From NCBI GenBank assembly GCA_009602725.1, contig WELB01000001.1:736992-791865 (forward strand): a stretch of 54,874 nt of DNA, given 5' to 3'. This DNA comes from Spirogloea muscicola. Its lineage: Eukaryota. Of this stretch, positions 1 through 16,800 are shown one piece after another; position 1 is the first letter of the stretch, and the number at the start of each line of letters is the position of its first letter. A program made the translations under genes and the position numbers. Below the pieces are notes generated by a model. That model was not told where the DNA came from. It saw only the letters and a list, made by a program, of their open reading frames with translations, and did no database searches.

Positions 1-163
1 CGCCGGCTTCGCCAGATAACGCCGCGCCAGGGCCGCCCCTCGCGGTGCCGCTGCTCGGGGGCTGACGAACGCCCCGGCGAGGCGGCCGCACACCCCTGCC
101 TGCGCCGCCGCTGCCGTTGCCGGCTTAGCCGGGCCTGCGCCCCGTCTCCCCGACGCCTCCGCC

Positions 164-3100
164 ATGGGCCTGCCGGAGACGTGCAGCGTCGGGCCGGGCG
201 CGCCGTGCTCGGCGCCCGTGTTCCGCTACTTCCTCGACTGCGTGTGCTCGCGGCGCGACGCCGCGTCCTTCGGCCTGGGCCTGGCGTCCATCCTGTGCTG
301 GGCCGTCGCCGAGATCCCTCAGATCGTCGCCAACTGGCAGTCGGGCAACGCCGAGGGCGTCTCCCTCGCCTTCATCCTCACGTGGACCGTCGGGTGCGCC
401 ACGTCAAACCGCCGCCTTGGCTCTGGCAGGCGCGCACCTCCAGCCGCCCTTGCTCGCGGCTGCTCGACGTTCTCGCTGCATTGCGCAAGGCTGCATTTGC
501 GCCATGCGAGCGGTGCTCTCGTCCCGGCTGCCTTGCCCGCCCAGAGTGGCCTTTGGCGGGCACCTCGGGCCCGCGGAGGCATCTCAAGCGAGTCCTGTGG
601 GGTCACACATGCGGCTGCGTGGTTGCGGCGTGTCAGGGACGTGTTCAACCTCGTCGGCTGCCTCATGGACCCCGTCACGGTGCGCTCATCAACCCCCTCA
701 ATTGCCTGCCTAAAATAAGGCCCTTTTCTCGAATCCACAAAGCAGCTGGAGCTCTGACCACACTAGCATGTGTGATGCTTGTGCTGTGGCCATGGCTGCA
801 TGCTGGGGCCAGCACCAATATGGTGCAATCGCCAGCCTCTCAGATTGCTCCTTGATTTTGATACTGTTAAGTTGTGCCTTCCTCCATTGCAGATCCCCAC
901 GCAATTCTTCACGGCCGTGGTAAGTGCCGCACAATCTGTTGCACCACCTTCCTGCCTCCCCTTCCTCCTCGTTGCCCAAGCGCCCAATTGCAGTCAGAGC
1001 GCCGGTCCACTTGCCTGCATAGACGCTTGGCTCCATGTTAGGAGCTTGAATGCTTGAGCCATGCTGCCATAAGGCCACCGATTGTGCTAGCTTACAACCT
1101 CGTTCCCCATTTCCCTAGCTGCTGCTGCAAAGTCTCGGCTTTTCATGCTAGTATTGAGTGCTGCTGCATCTCGCAGCTCTACACCGCCACCACGCTCATC
1201 CTGGTCTTCCAGCACATCTGGTACAATTGGTCGGGCCGTCATGATGACCCCAGCTCCCAGCAGGTGCAGTCCCTTGACAGCCAACTGACTCAGGTTGCGT
1301 TGTTTTGCAAAGAAGGACACCTTGTTGGTCAGCAACTGCGAGCAGGCGAGCGTTGGCTGCTCAGAGGTTTGTCAGCGAAGGAATGTGATCTTCATGGTGT
1401 GCTCTGCTTGGCTGGGTGCTGTGGTGCAGGCCGGCGAGGAGAAGGAGGTGGTGCACCGGCAGCACCGTCCGGCGGATGCGCTGGAGGGGCTCTTCCCCTC
1501 CGACCCCACGCTGGCCGATGGCACCAAGATCCCGGGTGTCTCCAGCAGGCGCTCAGAGCGTGGGCGGCCGCCGATGCCCGTCCCAAACGCGGCCCCTACG
1601 CGAACCAATCGCCAGTAAAGCCCCAGGAGCACCACCCCTGGCCTAGAAGCTGCTATGCATGCTCAGCCGTTGTGTCTAGTGACAGACACGCCCCACAATT
1701 CAGCTTGTCTGCTCCTGTCCCTCGAGCACTTTCAGCATCTGTCTGACTGCAGCTGATCTTCAATGTTGGTATTCCCTCTTGGCAGGTCACCTAATTCGTA
1801 TGGCAGCTGGCGGCGCTTGACGCTGGCCACGTCGTATGGCACCGGGACATCACCGCGTCTTCGCGCGGTAGGCCCTACACATTCATTGTAGCTTACTACA
1901 CATTTATGCTCCTGTGGTAGTCAGTGTCTGTGTGGTAGAACACCCGCTCCTGCACACCAGTCAATCAGAGCTAATTGCGCCCCTTGCAATTTTGGAGAGT
2001 GCGAGGCTGCCTATGGTCAGTTGCACAGTGGAGGAAGGCGTTGAGTGAGGTGGGATGCCCATGCAGCTGGTGCAAGCCGTGATCTGAATGCTTGTGGAAG
2101 GGCATCTGTGAGGTGCAGGTGCTCATCGGTGCAGTCCTCACAGGAGGTTTGGGAATGAGGCTGCCATGGCTGGCAGGCAACTACCTTCCAGATGGCAGGA
2201 GCGACGGGGCAGTTTTTGTGGATGGTGGGAGGAAGCTTCTGCAGGTTGGTGGATTGTCCGCCATGTCCAACAAATGCCATTAATCATAAACCCAAGGCCT
2301 AAAGTCCTGGTAACGAAGCCTGAGCCAAAGACCTCTGGGTGTAAAACTTCTATGTTCTACGACCAAAGCTCATCATGGTCACATTTGAGTCCGTTCATTT
2401 GGCAAGCAATGGTGCTGGCATACAGGCTGGAAGCATAAGATTGACTTGGCCTTTGTGACAATGCGGCAGGCCGGGAAGTTCTCGTTTCTGGGGAGTCGAG
2501 GCGCACTGCGTGTGGCAGCAGAGGAGGGCGACATGCGGTTGGTGGTGGGCCAGATTCTTGGCTGGTCCATGACCTGCATTTACCTAACAGGCCGCCTGCC
2601 CCAGGTGACCTGCTTGCGTCCCTGCCGTCCCTGCGCCCAGGCCTTTGTTCCACTACCCAGTTCTTCTCTGTAGTCACAGCTTGTATGCAAGATGAAGCTC
2701 TGGCACTCTAGCTTAGGTACCAGGGGTACCCTTCAAGGGCGACCTTGTCAACAGGTGTCGATGAGGATTGTTAACAACTATGCAACAGTGCTCTACCAGC
2801 ACCTTTGTGGATGTCTGCTGTTGAGCAGGCCTCCACGTGAAGTCTCTCACACTGAGTATGCTGCCATTTATCCAGATTATCCTGAATGTGACACGAGGTA
2901 GTGTGGAGGGACTCTCCTTCTCTATGTTTGCCTTTGCCATAGGCGGCAATGCAACGTATCTGGCAAGCATCCTTGTCAGAAGCCTTCAGTGGGGCCGCAT
3001 CAAGCCCAATCTGCCGTGGCTGGTGGACTCTGCCTGTTGCTTGGCCATGGACTTCTCCGTATCCTGGGACTCAGTCGTTCTGCTCCTTAGTGCCACCAAG

Positions 3101-3475
3101 AGTCCACTGAATTATATTGCATGGTTGACTGCAGCGGTTGCATTTGGTCTGTTGCTCGTATCTTCGTCTTGCCTGTGTCCTTGCCTGTCTGCTGATATTA
3201 CACGTCAGATGTATCACCTGCCTGTGGTCCGGTAGCTTATGCATCAATAGAGAATCTGACTCACAGTTGAAGGCCTGATGAGCGAAGTTGTACTGCAGCA
3301 ACTTGCATAAGACTTACACAAATAGCAGGGTTGAGGTCAGTGTCCTCTTCCCGTGCCTTCTTTGACTGTTGGACATCAGATCCTGGGACAGTTCATCTAC
3401 TCGAACTTCAGGAGCAAGAGGACAGATAGTTACTCTGCACTCAGGTGTGCTCGTGGCACCAGCTTAGATGACTAA
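164..3475 (+). CDS. PQ-loop repeat membrane protein (YPQ/PQLC2-like vacuolar/lysosomal amino-acid transporter), ~10 exons
   Basis: Exons join in frame at GT-AG sites: 164-393, 637-679, 893-919, 1177-1263, 1430-1614, 1786-1867, 2119-2243, 2470-2604, 2876-3058, 3380-3475. Two PQ-loop motifs are present: 'CWAVAEIPQIVANWQSGNAEGVSLAFILTWTVGDVFNLVGC' and 'IYLTGRLPQIILNVTRGSVEGLSFSMFAFAIGGNATYLASILVRSLQWGRIKPNLPWLVDS'. The middle exons and the last exon are less certain. Confidence 0.88.
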
Positions 3476-4947
3476 GGGAATGCTTACAGTTTGCTGCATA
3501 CATTGAGTGATCTGTGCTGTTACTGATACCTGATACGACGCTTGGTGCAAATGCTGCCTTGCTGACTGACTGTGTGGGGTGCGCACTTGTGGTAGCCCAA
3601 CAACGTGATGCTGGAAGAAGTGCCCACAATGCTAGGTTGGCGCTGGTCGCCATGAGTAGGCGGGCTGCACCCCTTTATGCCGCCCTCTAAAATTTTGTCC
3701 TCGATAAATCTCTAGGAGCTTAAGGTACACCGGGGTTTAAGTGCGGGGTAATTTCATAGGTTGCAAACAAAGTCTTTGCCAGGCTGTCGCTGCTGACGCT
3801 GAGTTGTCTAGGCGTTGTTTCAGGTGCAATAGCCACCTTGAAAGTGTAGGGTATGTCCTCTTGGCATGTCACCTGGTATACCGCTGCTTGGATGCTGCAA
3901 AGGAGGCCTTCATAAGGATCCGAAGCTGTCAATCTGTCAGCTGGAATGAGATAGTATTCTAAGGATACTGCCGGTCAGAGAGAGAACCTTACATGTTAAG
4001 TGTCGTTGTCATTGTCTCAGATGTCTTTTTTCTGATTGATTCGCTTTGTCATGGTTTTGAGCTATGTGAACCAAGGACCAGTTCCTTCTGCAAGGGTTGA
4101 CTAATAACAATGCAACTTTCTCCCCAAATAACAGTGGTCAAACTCTGGTCATACTGGTCATGCCTTGCATTTTTACACTTTGGTGTTGTGTTATATCCAA
4201 CTCGTTCATACACTCGTTCATACACAATTACATCTCGTTCATACCAAGATGATAATTGTATGTCAGTTGGTCATCAGGATTCGACTGCAAAGGATGGTTT
4301 ATTGTAGCCATTGGGACTGAGTATCCAGGACAACTATTCCTGCTCGATAAAATTAGATTGTACAGACAAGTCACTGTACCATCACCAGGACATCATGCAG
4401 TGTGAGATGCCGGCCACTTCTTAGTGGTGGATGTGTGCCACTTATCTTGTATAAGCTGTCAATTGTTCAGAAGATACAGTACTTCCAAAAGTCATTGCCA
4501 TCTAAGTAATCATGAAATCAGCTCATTGTCAACTTCAGTCTTCAGCAGGTTTACCATCTCCAGGAGGAGGGCTTTACATCCTATTTGCCAAAGGTTGCTG
4601 ATGTGACTTCACTAAGAGCTCTGTGTTGTAGCATACATTGAGTGCAGCCCAGCTAAGACAGCTGTGCCCGCATAGCGGAGCTTACATAGTATGCAGAGTA
4701 AAGAAGGTGCTGAAGCTAAAAGTAGAAGCACAGCTTATATCAACGTTCAAAGAGAGGGCGACCCACCGAACTCCTCGAGAACTGTTTGCGGAAATTACCT
4801 TCCACAACTTGCTCGACAGCGCTTGGACCCCTGGCAGCAACCTCCTTCTGCCCCGAAATGCCCTTCTGGTAAGTCAGCGTGGGCGAGAAGGGGTTTTGCA
4901 GCACTGATCCTGGTGAGAGCTGGTCTTCGCTCCCGACCTTGTAGACA

Positions 4948-8701
<3,754 letters not shown>

Positions 8702-9722
8702 CGGTCTACACGGCTGACGGCGGGAAGACGAGCAGCTCGATGACACGGCCACTCCCGCGGTCAGCGTGGCAGGGCCAGAGACTCAGTCCATCCGCAGAGC
8801 GAGGCGCCGGGCGGGCTGCAGCAGCAGGGAGGCGAGGGTGCCCTCCCAGGAGGCAGCCGGGCAGCAGCAGCGGCGGCGGCGGCGCAGGCACTGCCGGAGG
8901 CGAGAGCTGCAGGCGGGCGCGGGGCGGCGGCCGAGATGGGGCTGCGGCGGCGAGCTGGTTGCGGCCGCCAAGCGAGCTAGCGGGGGGTGCCGCGAGACGA
9001 GGCAGGGGGCGCGGGAAGTGTCAGAGGGGCCGGAGAGCAGGGCGGCCGTCAGAGCAAGCAGCCTTGGCCAAGCTTTCGCCTCGAGACAAGTGAGCACTTC
9101 TTCCAACGGGGGCAACGGCCGAGCTCTCGTCCTAAGCAGCTCCGCGGGGGGGCCGCCATGGAAGCTGTGGGCGTGGCCGAGGAGGGAGAGTGGGGGGGCG
9201 CCTCTGCCGGGCACCAGGGGGAGGCGCCCGGTCACGCCACGGTACGAGTGGCGGGGAGGGGGGAAGGGGGGGGGCCCGGCGAGCGGACGTTGTCCGCCCG
9301 GCCCGACGTCCCGCGACGAGCGGACGTCCCCACCAGGGGCCTTGAGCTGCCGCCAGGGCCCCCCTGCCTGCCGGTTGCCGCCAAGCTCGTGTGGCAACCT
9401 GATCCCATGGCTGCTGCCAGCCCCTGCGCGGCAAGGCATCCTCGTGCGGGGGCCCAGGCCCACCTTACCCGCCGAGGCGCGGACGACCGCCGGCACGTGC
9501 CCGCCGCTGCCTGCGGTGCACGCCACGCCCTCTGCTGGAATTGCTGCTGGAATTGAAGGGCGGCCAGCCAGGTGCATACACCGTGCTTGGCAGGCAAGCA
9601 ACTAATGAAGCGGAAAAAAGCGTGTGCATAAAGAGATGCACGCCACGCCCTGCCCAGAGAAGGAATTTCGTGTATTTGAAACAATCGAAGAGAGAGCTGT
9701 GTACGTCCTTCACCCTCCAGTA

Positions 9723-9884
9723 TTCGAGCGTCCGGTATTCGAGCGTCAGCTAGCGACCTCTATGTGCTGACTCGTGGTTACTGAGCGGGTCAGCTTAGCA
9801 GCAGGTGACGTACATTTGTCCAATGTGCTTGCCTTTGTACTTGGCCACACATGGCCTCCCCATCTCTTAATATACACGCATTCT
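9723..9884 (+). mobile_element. Short 3' fragment of CRE-like RLE non-LTR retrotransposon, family A
   Basis: Encodes SGIRASASDLYVLTRGY* plus the family A 3' UTR, nearly identical to 54761-54874. Candidate TSD CTCCAGTA at 9715-9722 and 9885-9892. Confidence 0.85.
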
Positions 9885-10069
9885 CTCCAGTAAGACAGTG
9901 GCTCTTCCAAGTGGGTTAGGGCTGTGAAAGCCAGAGAGAAGAGTAACTGTTTCAGAAGAGGGCGATAACAATCAATGGCCAGCCCAGAGTAAGCATGAAC
10001 AAAGTGAAAGGCAAGCAAAGGTAACAACGGGAGTGCCGGCTGGATAAAGTGGGACATCAGGGAACATAC

Positions 10070-11330
10070 GATTGAGCACATGTACCTTCGACAGGCTAAC
10101 TTGGGGACACGACGAATGGAACTTTTGGAACCCAAGGACATACATAATTGATGGACTCAGCTAGTTAGCTGGAGCCCACCCCGTAAGCAGGTGGCCTAGG
10201 CTTGGTGTGCGCCCGGCATGCTGATGAATGGCTAGAGCATGGAAATGTTGCAATCTCAGCGAGAGCCGCATACTGTGAGAAGCACCCATTGCTTGCGGGG
10301 CACTAGTACGTCCCAAGCTACCCGCCAACTACAACGGCGGGCGACTACCAGCTGGACCAGACGATGGAGGAGGAAGTACGAATTTTACCATAGCCGCCGT
10401 AGATGTCCACAGGGCACGGATAGTGGTCTCCCCAGGGGTGTCCTGGTGGTGCCGCTCCTCCTCTTTATTCCTCTGGGTTGTCGCCCAGTCAGGCATAGTG
10501 TGCGTAGATACCCTGATTGGAAAGCGTCCCAGTACGACGTCAAGGAGGAGGCAAGGCCTGCGGCTCCAGAGGGTGGCAACCACATTGAGAAGCCTCAAGT
10601 AGAGCTTGCCGCGTTTCTCAGGACGGGCATGATGCCCAACACCTCAATATCAGGGGTAAGGCACGCGGTGCGCATGACATTTTGAAGGGAAGCCAATTTG
10701 AGCCCTACAAAAGTCCTGGTAACGGGACAATGAGCTGGCTAAGGGACACTAAATATCCTCGAGTGAGCACATACATATCTGACAAGCTAGCTGAGGAGCC
10801 AGACCACCGCTACGAAAGCTGTCAGCCTGGCCTAATGCACGCCCAGTACACTAGTGTATCGTGAGTGCCTGGGAGAGCTGCAGGATGATATAGCAGGATG
10901 GTATCCAGCCTTGCGAATATAAGCAAACACTGCGTCTCTTATTAGGTGGTAAGAGGTGATGCTTATCTCCGCCACTCGCAAGCCCCCGGAGAGCCAATAA
11001 AGTGACAACGCGTGAAATCAAGCCCATCGTCCTTGAGTATCCCTCTCAGAAGGGTAAGACCTGCTCACTGGCGGCGTGCGTGAAGCAGGTTTGTGCCTCG
11101 ATCAGAGCACCCCGCCCATGCCCTAAAGTGGCGCGGTCTTCAACAAATGAAGGGCAGGGCCGAGGAGGTCGCGTCGGATGGAGGTGAGGCAGAGTTGGAA
11201 GGGCAGGGTCCCCGTTGCCACTCCAGCTATAATTGGAGCTAGGACTTTCTGGCTCCTCAATATGAGCCGTAAAGCTGCGGTTGTCATGGCCATCGGGCAT
11301 GCCCTTAGAGCACCTTCGGGAGCTCTGGCT
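10070..11330 (-). mobile_element. Nested decayed CRE-like retrotransposon remnants (family B type)
   Basis: 'LLNVVATLWSRRPCLLLDVV...PDWATTQRNKEEERHH' matches the RLE region at 52420-52560. The family B 3' motif (TCATGCGCACCGCG) occurs near 10665, and 11030-11270 is homologous to 11600-11840. Confidence 0.7.
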
Positions 11331-11930
11331 CGATGATGAGGCGGGCGACTTTGCTCTGCACAAAACGTACCAAGCGGTGGCGCGCGGCCTCCTCCCGCCC
11401 AAGGAGTGGGGCAGACATTCCTAGCAGCACCCTACTCGCCCTCTTCCAACTCACAGGAGGCATTCGCCAAGCCTTGGGTGCCGCCCATTGGCTTGCCTGT
11501 CTCGAGCGGCACAACTGAGGTGTTGGTTTCAAGTGGCCTCAACAGCCTCTAACCACTTCACCTTGAGGGGCCAGGCAGTCCTTGCTTCTTCTTCATCTTT
11601 TGAGGGCCAGGCAGTCCTTGCTCCGAGTGCAGCTGAAGTGGCAATGAGGACCTTGCCCTTCCAACTCTCCCAAACTGCCATCTGGACTTGACCTCCTCCA
11701 CTTCTACCCTTCTCGTGCATATAACCGCGCCTGATTATGTGGCATTGGCGGGACGCTCTGACCTTTAAAGCACAAACCAGCTTCATGCACGCGGCCAACG
11801 AGCAGGTCATTACTCTTCTGAGAGGGAGAATCCAAGGACGTTCGATGTTGTCTCTCTCGCCTCCACTTCATCAGCTCTCAAGGTGAAGCGATTAGAGATT
11901 GTGAAGGCTACTTTGGCCCATCAACCCAGG
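11330..11930 (+). mobile_element. Decayed CRE-like ORF remnant (region between RT thumb and CCHC)
   Basis: 'KAQTSFMHAANEQV' resembles 'KGQARFTSASNEHA' at ~51940. Contains stops and frameshifts. Confidence 0.6.
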
Positions 11931-12239
11931 TGTGCAGCTCGAGGTAGTGGGCCGCAACCAAGGCAGCCCTTTGCTGATAGGAGGCGTCAGCTGAAGAGGG
12001 CAGCCGGTCTCGAAGAGAGCATCGAATGATCCACCAGGCCGTGGAGGGCATTCTCATAGGGAGTGGCTGTAGAAGCAAGAAACAGCTCCTCCGAAGGCCC
12101 TGTAATGCAGCACAAGGGAGCAACAGCTCTTGCAATGTAAGGAAATGGCTGTGAGAGGCCAGCCAAAAGAAGAACAAGCAACTCTACCAGAGAACTCCTC
12201 GACGTCGTTCTCATCGACGCATTCCAACCAGGGGCACCC

Positions 12240-12730
12240 ACACCGACTGTGCCAGGTTGGACGACACATCATGCGGAGAGGAAGAAGGAGAGGCACTATA
12301 ATGACCACCCCGGGGCGACCACTTCTTTCCATGCGCCATGGACATATACGGCGGCTACGGAACGAAGTGGTCTTCCCTTCTCCATCGGCTGGCACTGCAT
12401 GTCGATGTCCGCCGACGTAGTCGGGCGGGTAGCTTAGGGCATTCTAGCGTCCCGCAAGCCATCGTTGCATGCTATAGAATGCGGCTATCATTGAGTCTGT
12501 AGCGCTCCCAGGCACTCGCGGTACACCAGCGTGCTGGTCATGCATTAGCCCAGGCTAATGGCTTCCGTGGTGGTGATTTGGCGCCTCAGTATAGCTTGTC
12601 AAATATGCATGTGCTCACTCGGGGATATTTAGTGTCCCCCTTAGCCAGCTCATTACCCAGTTAACAGGACATCTGTAAGGCTAGAATTGGCCTCCATTTC
12701 ACTTTCATGCGCACCGCGCGCCTTCTCTCA
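12240..12730 (+). mobile_element. 3' part of CRE-like retrotransposon, family B
   Basis: Translates as DHFFPCAMDIYGGYGTKWSSLLHRLALHVDVRRRSRAGSLGHSSVPQAIVACYRMRLSLSL*RSQALAV...MHVLTRGY. It is followed by a 3' UTR shared with 49680-49765 and 52895-52985. Confidence 0.85.
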
Positions 12731-12739
12731 TCCAGAGAG

Positions 12740-13070
12740 TGGCGAGGGCTTGGAGAAGTCTGCCCGAAAGGAATGAACAAGGTCTGGATGGGCCGGAAGG
12801 TGCAAAGCAAGCCCACAGACAGTGGATAGAGGTAGACAACGATTTCGAGGGGGGCAAGGTCTGTGAAAAGCCAGCACACGAAGGAATTGTCAGGGTCCAT
12901 AGAAAGTAAAAGCTCTTCCAAATTAAGGCGATGGCTGTGGAAAAGGGGAACAATGCCCTTCCAAAAAGGGGCGTGAGCTGTGAGAGGCCAGCCCGCAAGA
13001 GAATGGACAAGGTCCAAATGTGCCGGAAAGCGTAAGTCACAGAGCTATGCAAGTACCACAAAATATGGTC
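12740..13070 (-). repeat. Family C 3'-UTR-derived hairpin repeat cluster
   Basis: Several GG(G)CTGGC..TCACAG motifs and the GGACCTTGTCCATT motif on the minus strand. Confidence 0.7.
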
Positions 13071-13843
13071 ACTTAGTCATCAAAAGCTTAGTGAGTCACG
13101 CACACTCCTCTCAGCTAGTCCTTCATGTCCAGTACCCCTGCTTGGCATCCATTCAGAAGTCTGCGACTCCCAAAATTCTTCAACGTTGGCGCTGGTTGTC
13201 AGCCCAGAATCATCTGCAGTGCAGGCTAGAGGCATCCAAGGGCCGTAGCCAAGCATTTCAGGCACTGCTCTGAATGAGGCCCGCCTAAGCACACTAGCAT
13301 GACACTAAGAGATGGGCTGACTATGGCAGCGGTAGCTGGAGGCGTATCGTGCTCCATACGGGCTCCAGGTAAACTCAAGGGCACGGCAGAGAAATAGCTT
13401 TCAGTGGTCAGAATCTGGACACCGCAGGACTGTCAAGCCTGTCAGCAGACAGCTGTGTACTAGACATGCCAACATGTGTTAGCAAGCCGTGTACACTGAA
13501 GTGATGCGACTTTGCTCGTCTTGCTGATCCTGACTCTACCTGTAGAGCAGACAGACAAGCGCAAGGCCTGACACGAACACAGTCCCTTCCAATTCCCTCA
13601 TCAGAGATGCTGTTGCCTACCCATTACTTCCATTGCTTCACTCATACAGTGCATTCCATATACTTTGCTTGCTTGGCCTGCCAGCTGCCAGCAGATGTAA
13701 TGTAGTGGCGCCCCTTGCTTAGCCGACAGCCTCCCGCCTTTCTCTGACCGACCCTCTCCACAAGGACGTCCTGCCCTGCTAGTACCACTGAGGAGCCAGG
13801 CCTGCTTTTGGTGCCCACTAGATGGCCAATGCAAGAATTCTAT

Positions 13844-16800
13844 TTATTGTTGCGTGGGTTGCAAGCTCGCGTCCACGACAGATATGTAGCCCTCATACGA
13901 CATTATGATGGCAACGATGTACATTGTTGCCGCGTACACATCTGGCAGGGGTTGGCTGGGGTGCTTCACCTGCGCAAGTCACCACATATACATGAGCGGC
14001 ACATGAGCTCCTGGCACAAGCCTGACATTGTGGACATGAAGATGGCCACAGTTGCAGCATCATAAACTTGACTTCAGCTTGTCTTGACATCACGGTCACT
14101 GACAGCAACCACCCAGCTTTGACCAAGGATACTGATAAACATCAGACTAGTCCGGGCAATATGCCACAACAGCTTCAGCACCAGGTCACAGCAAGACTTG
14201 CCCACCTTCTGGGCAAAAGTGGCAGCAAGGCGTTGCCGGAGGAGATGGATCTGAGCCGCTTCCATGGCAGAGCACTGGTAGCGCAGCCACCGATCAACCA
14301 CAAGAGCAACCTGATTGTCAGGGTCGCGCATCAACTGTTCTTGCTCCTGTTGCTGCCGTTCTGCCAGAGCCACAGGGTTGACTTTTACTGGCGCCTCCTG
14401 TAATGAGGCACAAACAGCTGAGCTGAGATGAGGGCGAGGCCAGCAGATAGGCTAACTCCCGCTGAGACCTGCTCAACCTCACATAGTCATCACAACATTG
14501 AATGCTGTACCCCTTTTCCCCCGTCAATCAGCACAATTTCAGCAGTCCGAAGGGCTCAGAGAAACATCACATGGCAAATAGCACTGTGATTGTAGGTCAC
14601 CCAAAGATTACATATCAAGTAGAACAATGCTCTCCAAAGTCCAACCACCATTGCATTATGCAACAAAGAGAAGAGCAAGGATGCATCAGCAATGTGATGC
14701 ACGCCATCTACCTCATCGCCACTCTCGCCAGCGTCCTGCTCTTCTTCTACAACTGAGTCAAGTGGTTGCAATGGTGCCACAACCACCTCTGCTGCAATGA
14801 GCAGCAGGGTGTGGGGCCGTATAAGAGTGCTTGATCGGATGGAGCACATAGATTCCCCTCTGGTCACCTCATCAAAGATGAGCAGTGGTCTGGCGGAAGC
14901 TTCCTTGGAGGACAGTGCATCCCTGCAGGCTCGCGGTAGCCGTCATTAATTGGAATAAGTGACATTGAGAATGGAATTTACCACCTGCAATACTGCTTAA
15001 CTACACAAGAGGTGTCGCAAGACTTCACCGGCAACCAAACCTGCATTCCATGGAGGTGTGCCCCTCAGCACAGATTGGTTGCCTTGGCCCCTGTCTGACG
15101 CTGCCAGCATGTGACCACCAGAGCACAGGTGAAAAGAGGACAGCGGCTCACCCCTGGCTGACAGTCCTGAAATTGGCAGAGTGGGGATGTATCCGCACTT
15201 TCTCCCCGGTTGCGGTTACCACGAGCCCCTTAGGGCCGCTACCAGAGAGCGGCGGGAGGACGCTCGCGACCATAGGGTATGCCCCCGCAGCCAGCACGGC
15301 ACGGATGATGCCATTGTTCTGAGCATTGGCGCTGCAGGGATGCGCGCCCGGTGGCACAAGGCCCATCTGGATGAGCTCCCGTATCAGCTGTTGCCGCATG
15401 CCGGCTAGCATGTGCATGATACCGCCACTGACAAAGTTGGCCGAGCAGAAGGCTGAGTCGCTCCGTGCAGCTTTCGCTTGCTGCCAGCCGTTGAAGGCCC
15501 CAATTACCGCCAGGTGGTCACTGCCACCTCCATGCACGGCTGCAAATGCATGCCTGGCTGCCAGCGCTCTCCTTTTCTGCAACGTGCAGAGCCATAACCT
15601 CTGCATCTTAGTCCAAGGGTTGGATTCGGAGCTCCAAGCAACAACTTGAGAAGTTGCTCCTGTCTCAAGATGTTGTGACCACAGATGGCCAGTCAAATGC
15701 GACTCTGACACGTTCAGGCAGTAGAGGGCCAGCTGAAGTATACAGCTAGGACACGGACACACATGAACAGTGTTAGCCATGCTCAACCATCTACTTGCTT
15801 GCCTGGTCGGGAGTGATGGGCATGACGAAAGGATCCCGATAGGCAGCAGCACATGCCACAGTAAGGGCCGGTTCAAGGCACTCCAGCAGGATGGCATGTA
15901 GAAGCATTTTGCTGCAAAGCATGCAGGATATCAAATATTAGACAAAGCGCTGCTTAACAGCGCTCCTCGCCACCGTCACGTCAATGAAAGTGGACAGCAT
16001 CTCTCTCAAGCGCCCTTGCAATTGTGGGCATTTGCAAAGCTTGTAAACTATTGAACTTATAGGCAGTTTTTGGTAGTAGAGGTAAGCACATGTCGTCATG
16101 TTGTCAAGCGCACTGCTATCACATCAGATAACATGGCCATATATGCCATAGCTCATTCATACCCAATAACAGGAGGAAGAGGAAGTGAACCCAGCTGTCG
16201 GCCCAGATCTGTCAGCCTTTCTTCTTTCCCCAAGGCGCCAATGTCCTGAAGCAGCAGCACTGCATTCTGAACAGAGATGTCAAGAGGCGGCTCCACTGCC
16301 TTCGCAAGGAACTCCCTGAGTCTTATGGAAGGATCCATCAGTTTCACCTGCAGGTAAGAACAAAAAGAGTGCACTGTTTGATCTTCCAGTGGGCATGCTT
16401 TGCTAAGTACTGCGTTTGTTGACTTTCCGGGGAGAGTGTGAGCCTGCAAGTGCTAATTGGGAGACCAAAGTGGTCAGGGGCTCGACGTACTGCTACAAGC
16501 ACCACCATGCTTGGGTTTTGTGCAGGAAGTGGAAACACTCTACAGGCAGGAGGCGTTGTGTACATGGCCTGTGACTAAGCAGACGGGAGAATGCATGACA
16601 CAGCACCTGAAGACAGAGCTCCTCCAAGGGTGTGCGCTTGATCTCTGGCACCTGATAATCTGGAAGGGACTCCACGCGAACCTTGGAGATAAGGTGGAAG
16701 CATACTCCTGGCCGAGTCCTACCTGCTCTTCCTTCCCTCTGCTTGACTGAAGCTTTGGAAATCCACGTGGTCTGAAGTGTGGACACATTGGTATAAGGAT

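Noticed and set aside
8752..9601. Readthrough/selenocysteine at TGA 8783-8785 joining a 272-aa ORF in frame to the PPase-like gene
   Set aside because: The upstream ORF is low-complexity GC-rich sequence with no recognisable domain, long ORFs occur in all frames there, and an ATG at 8701 explains the gene.
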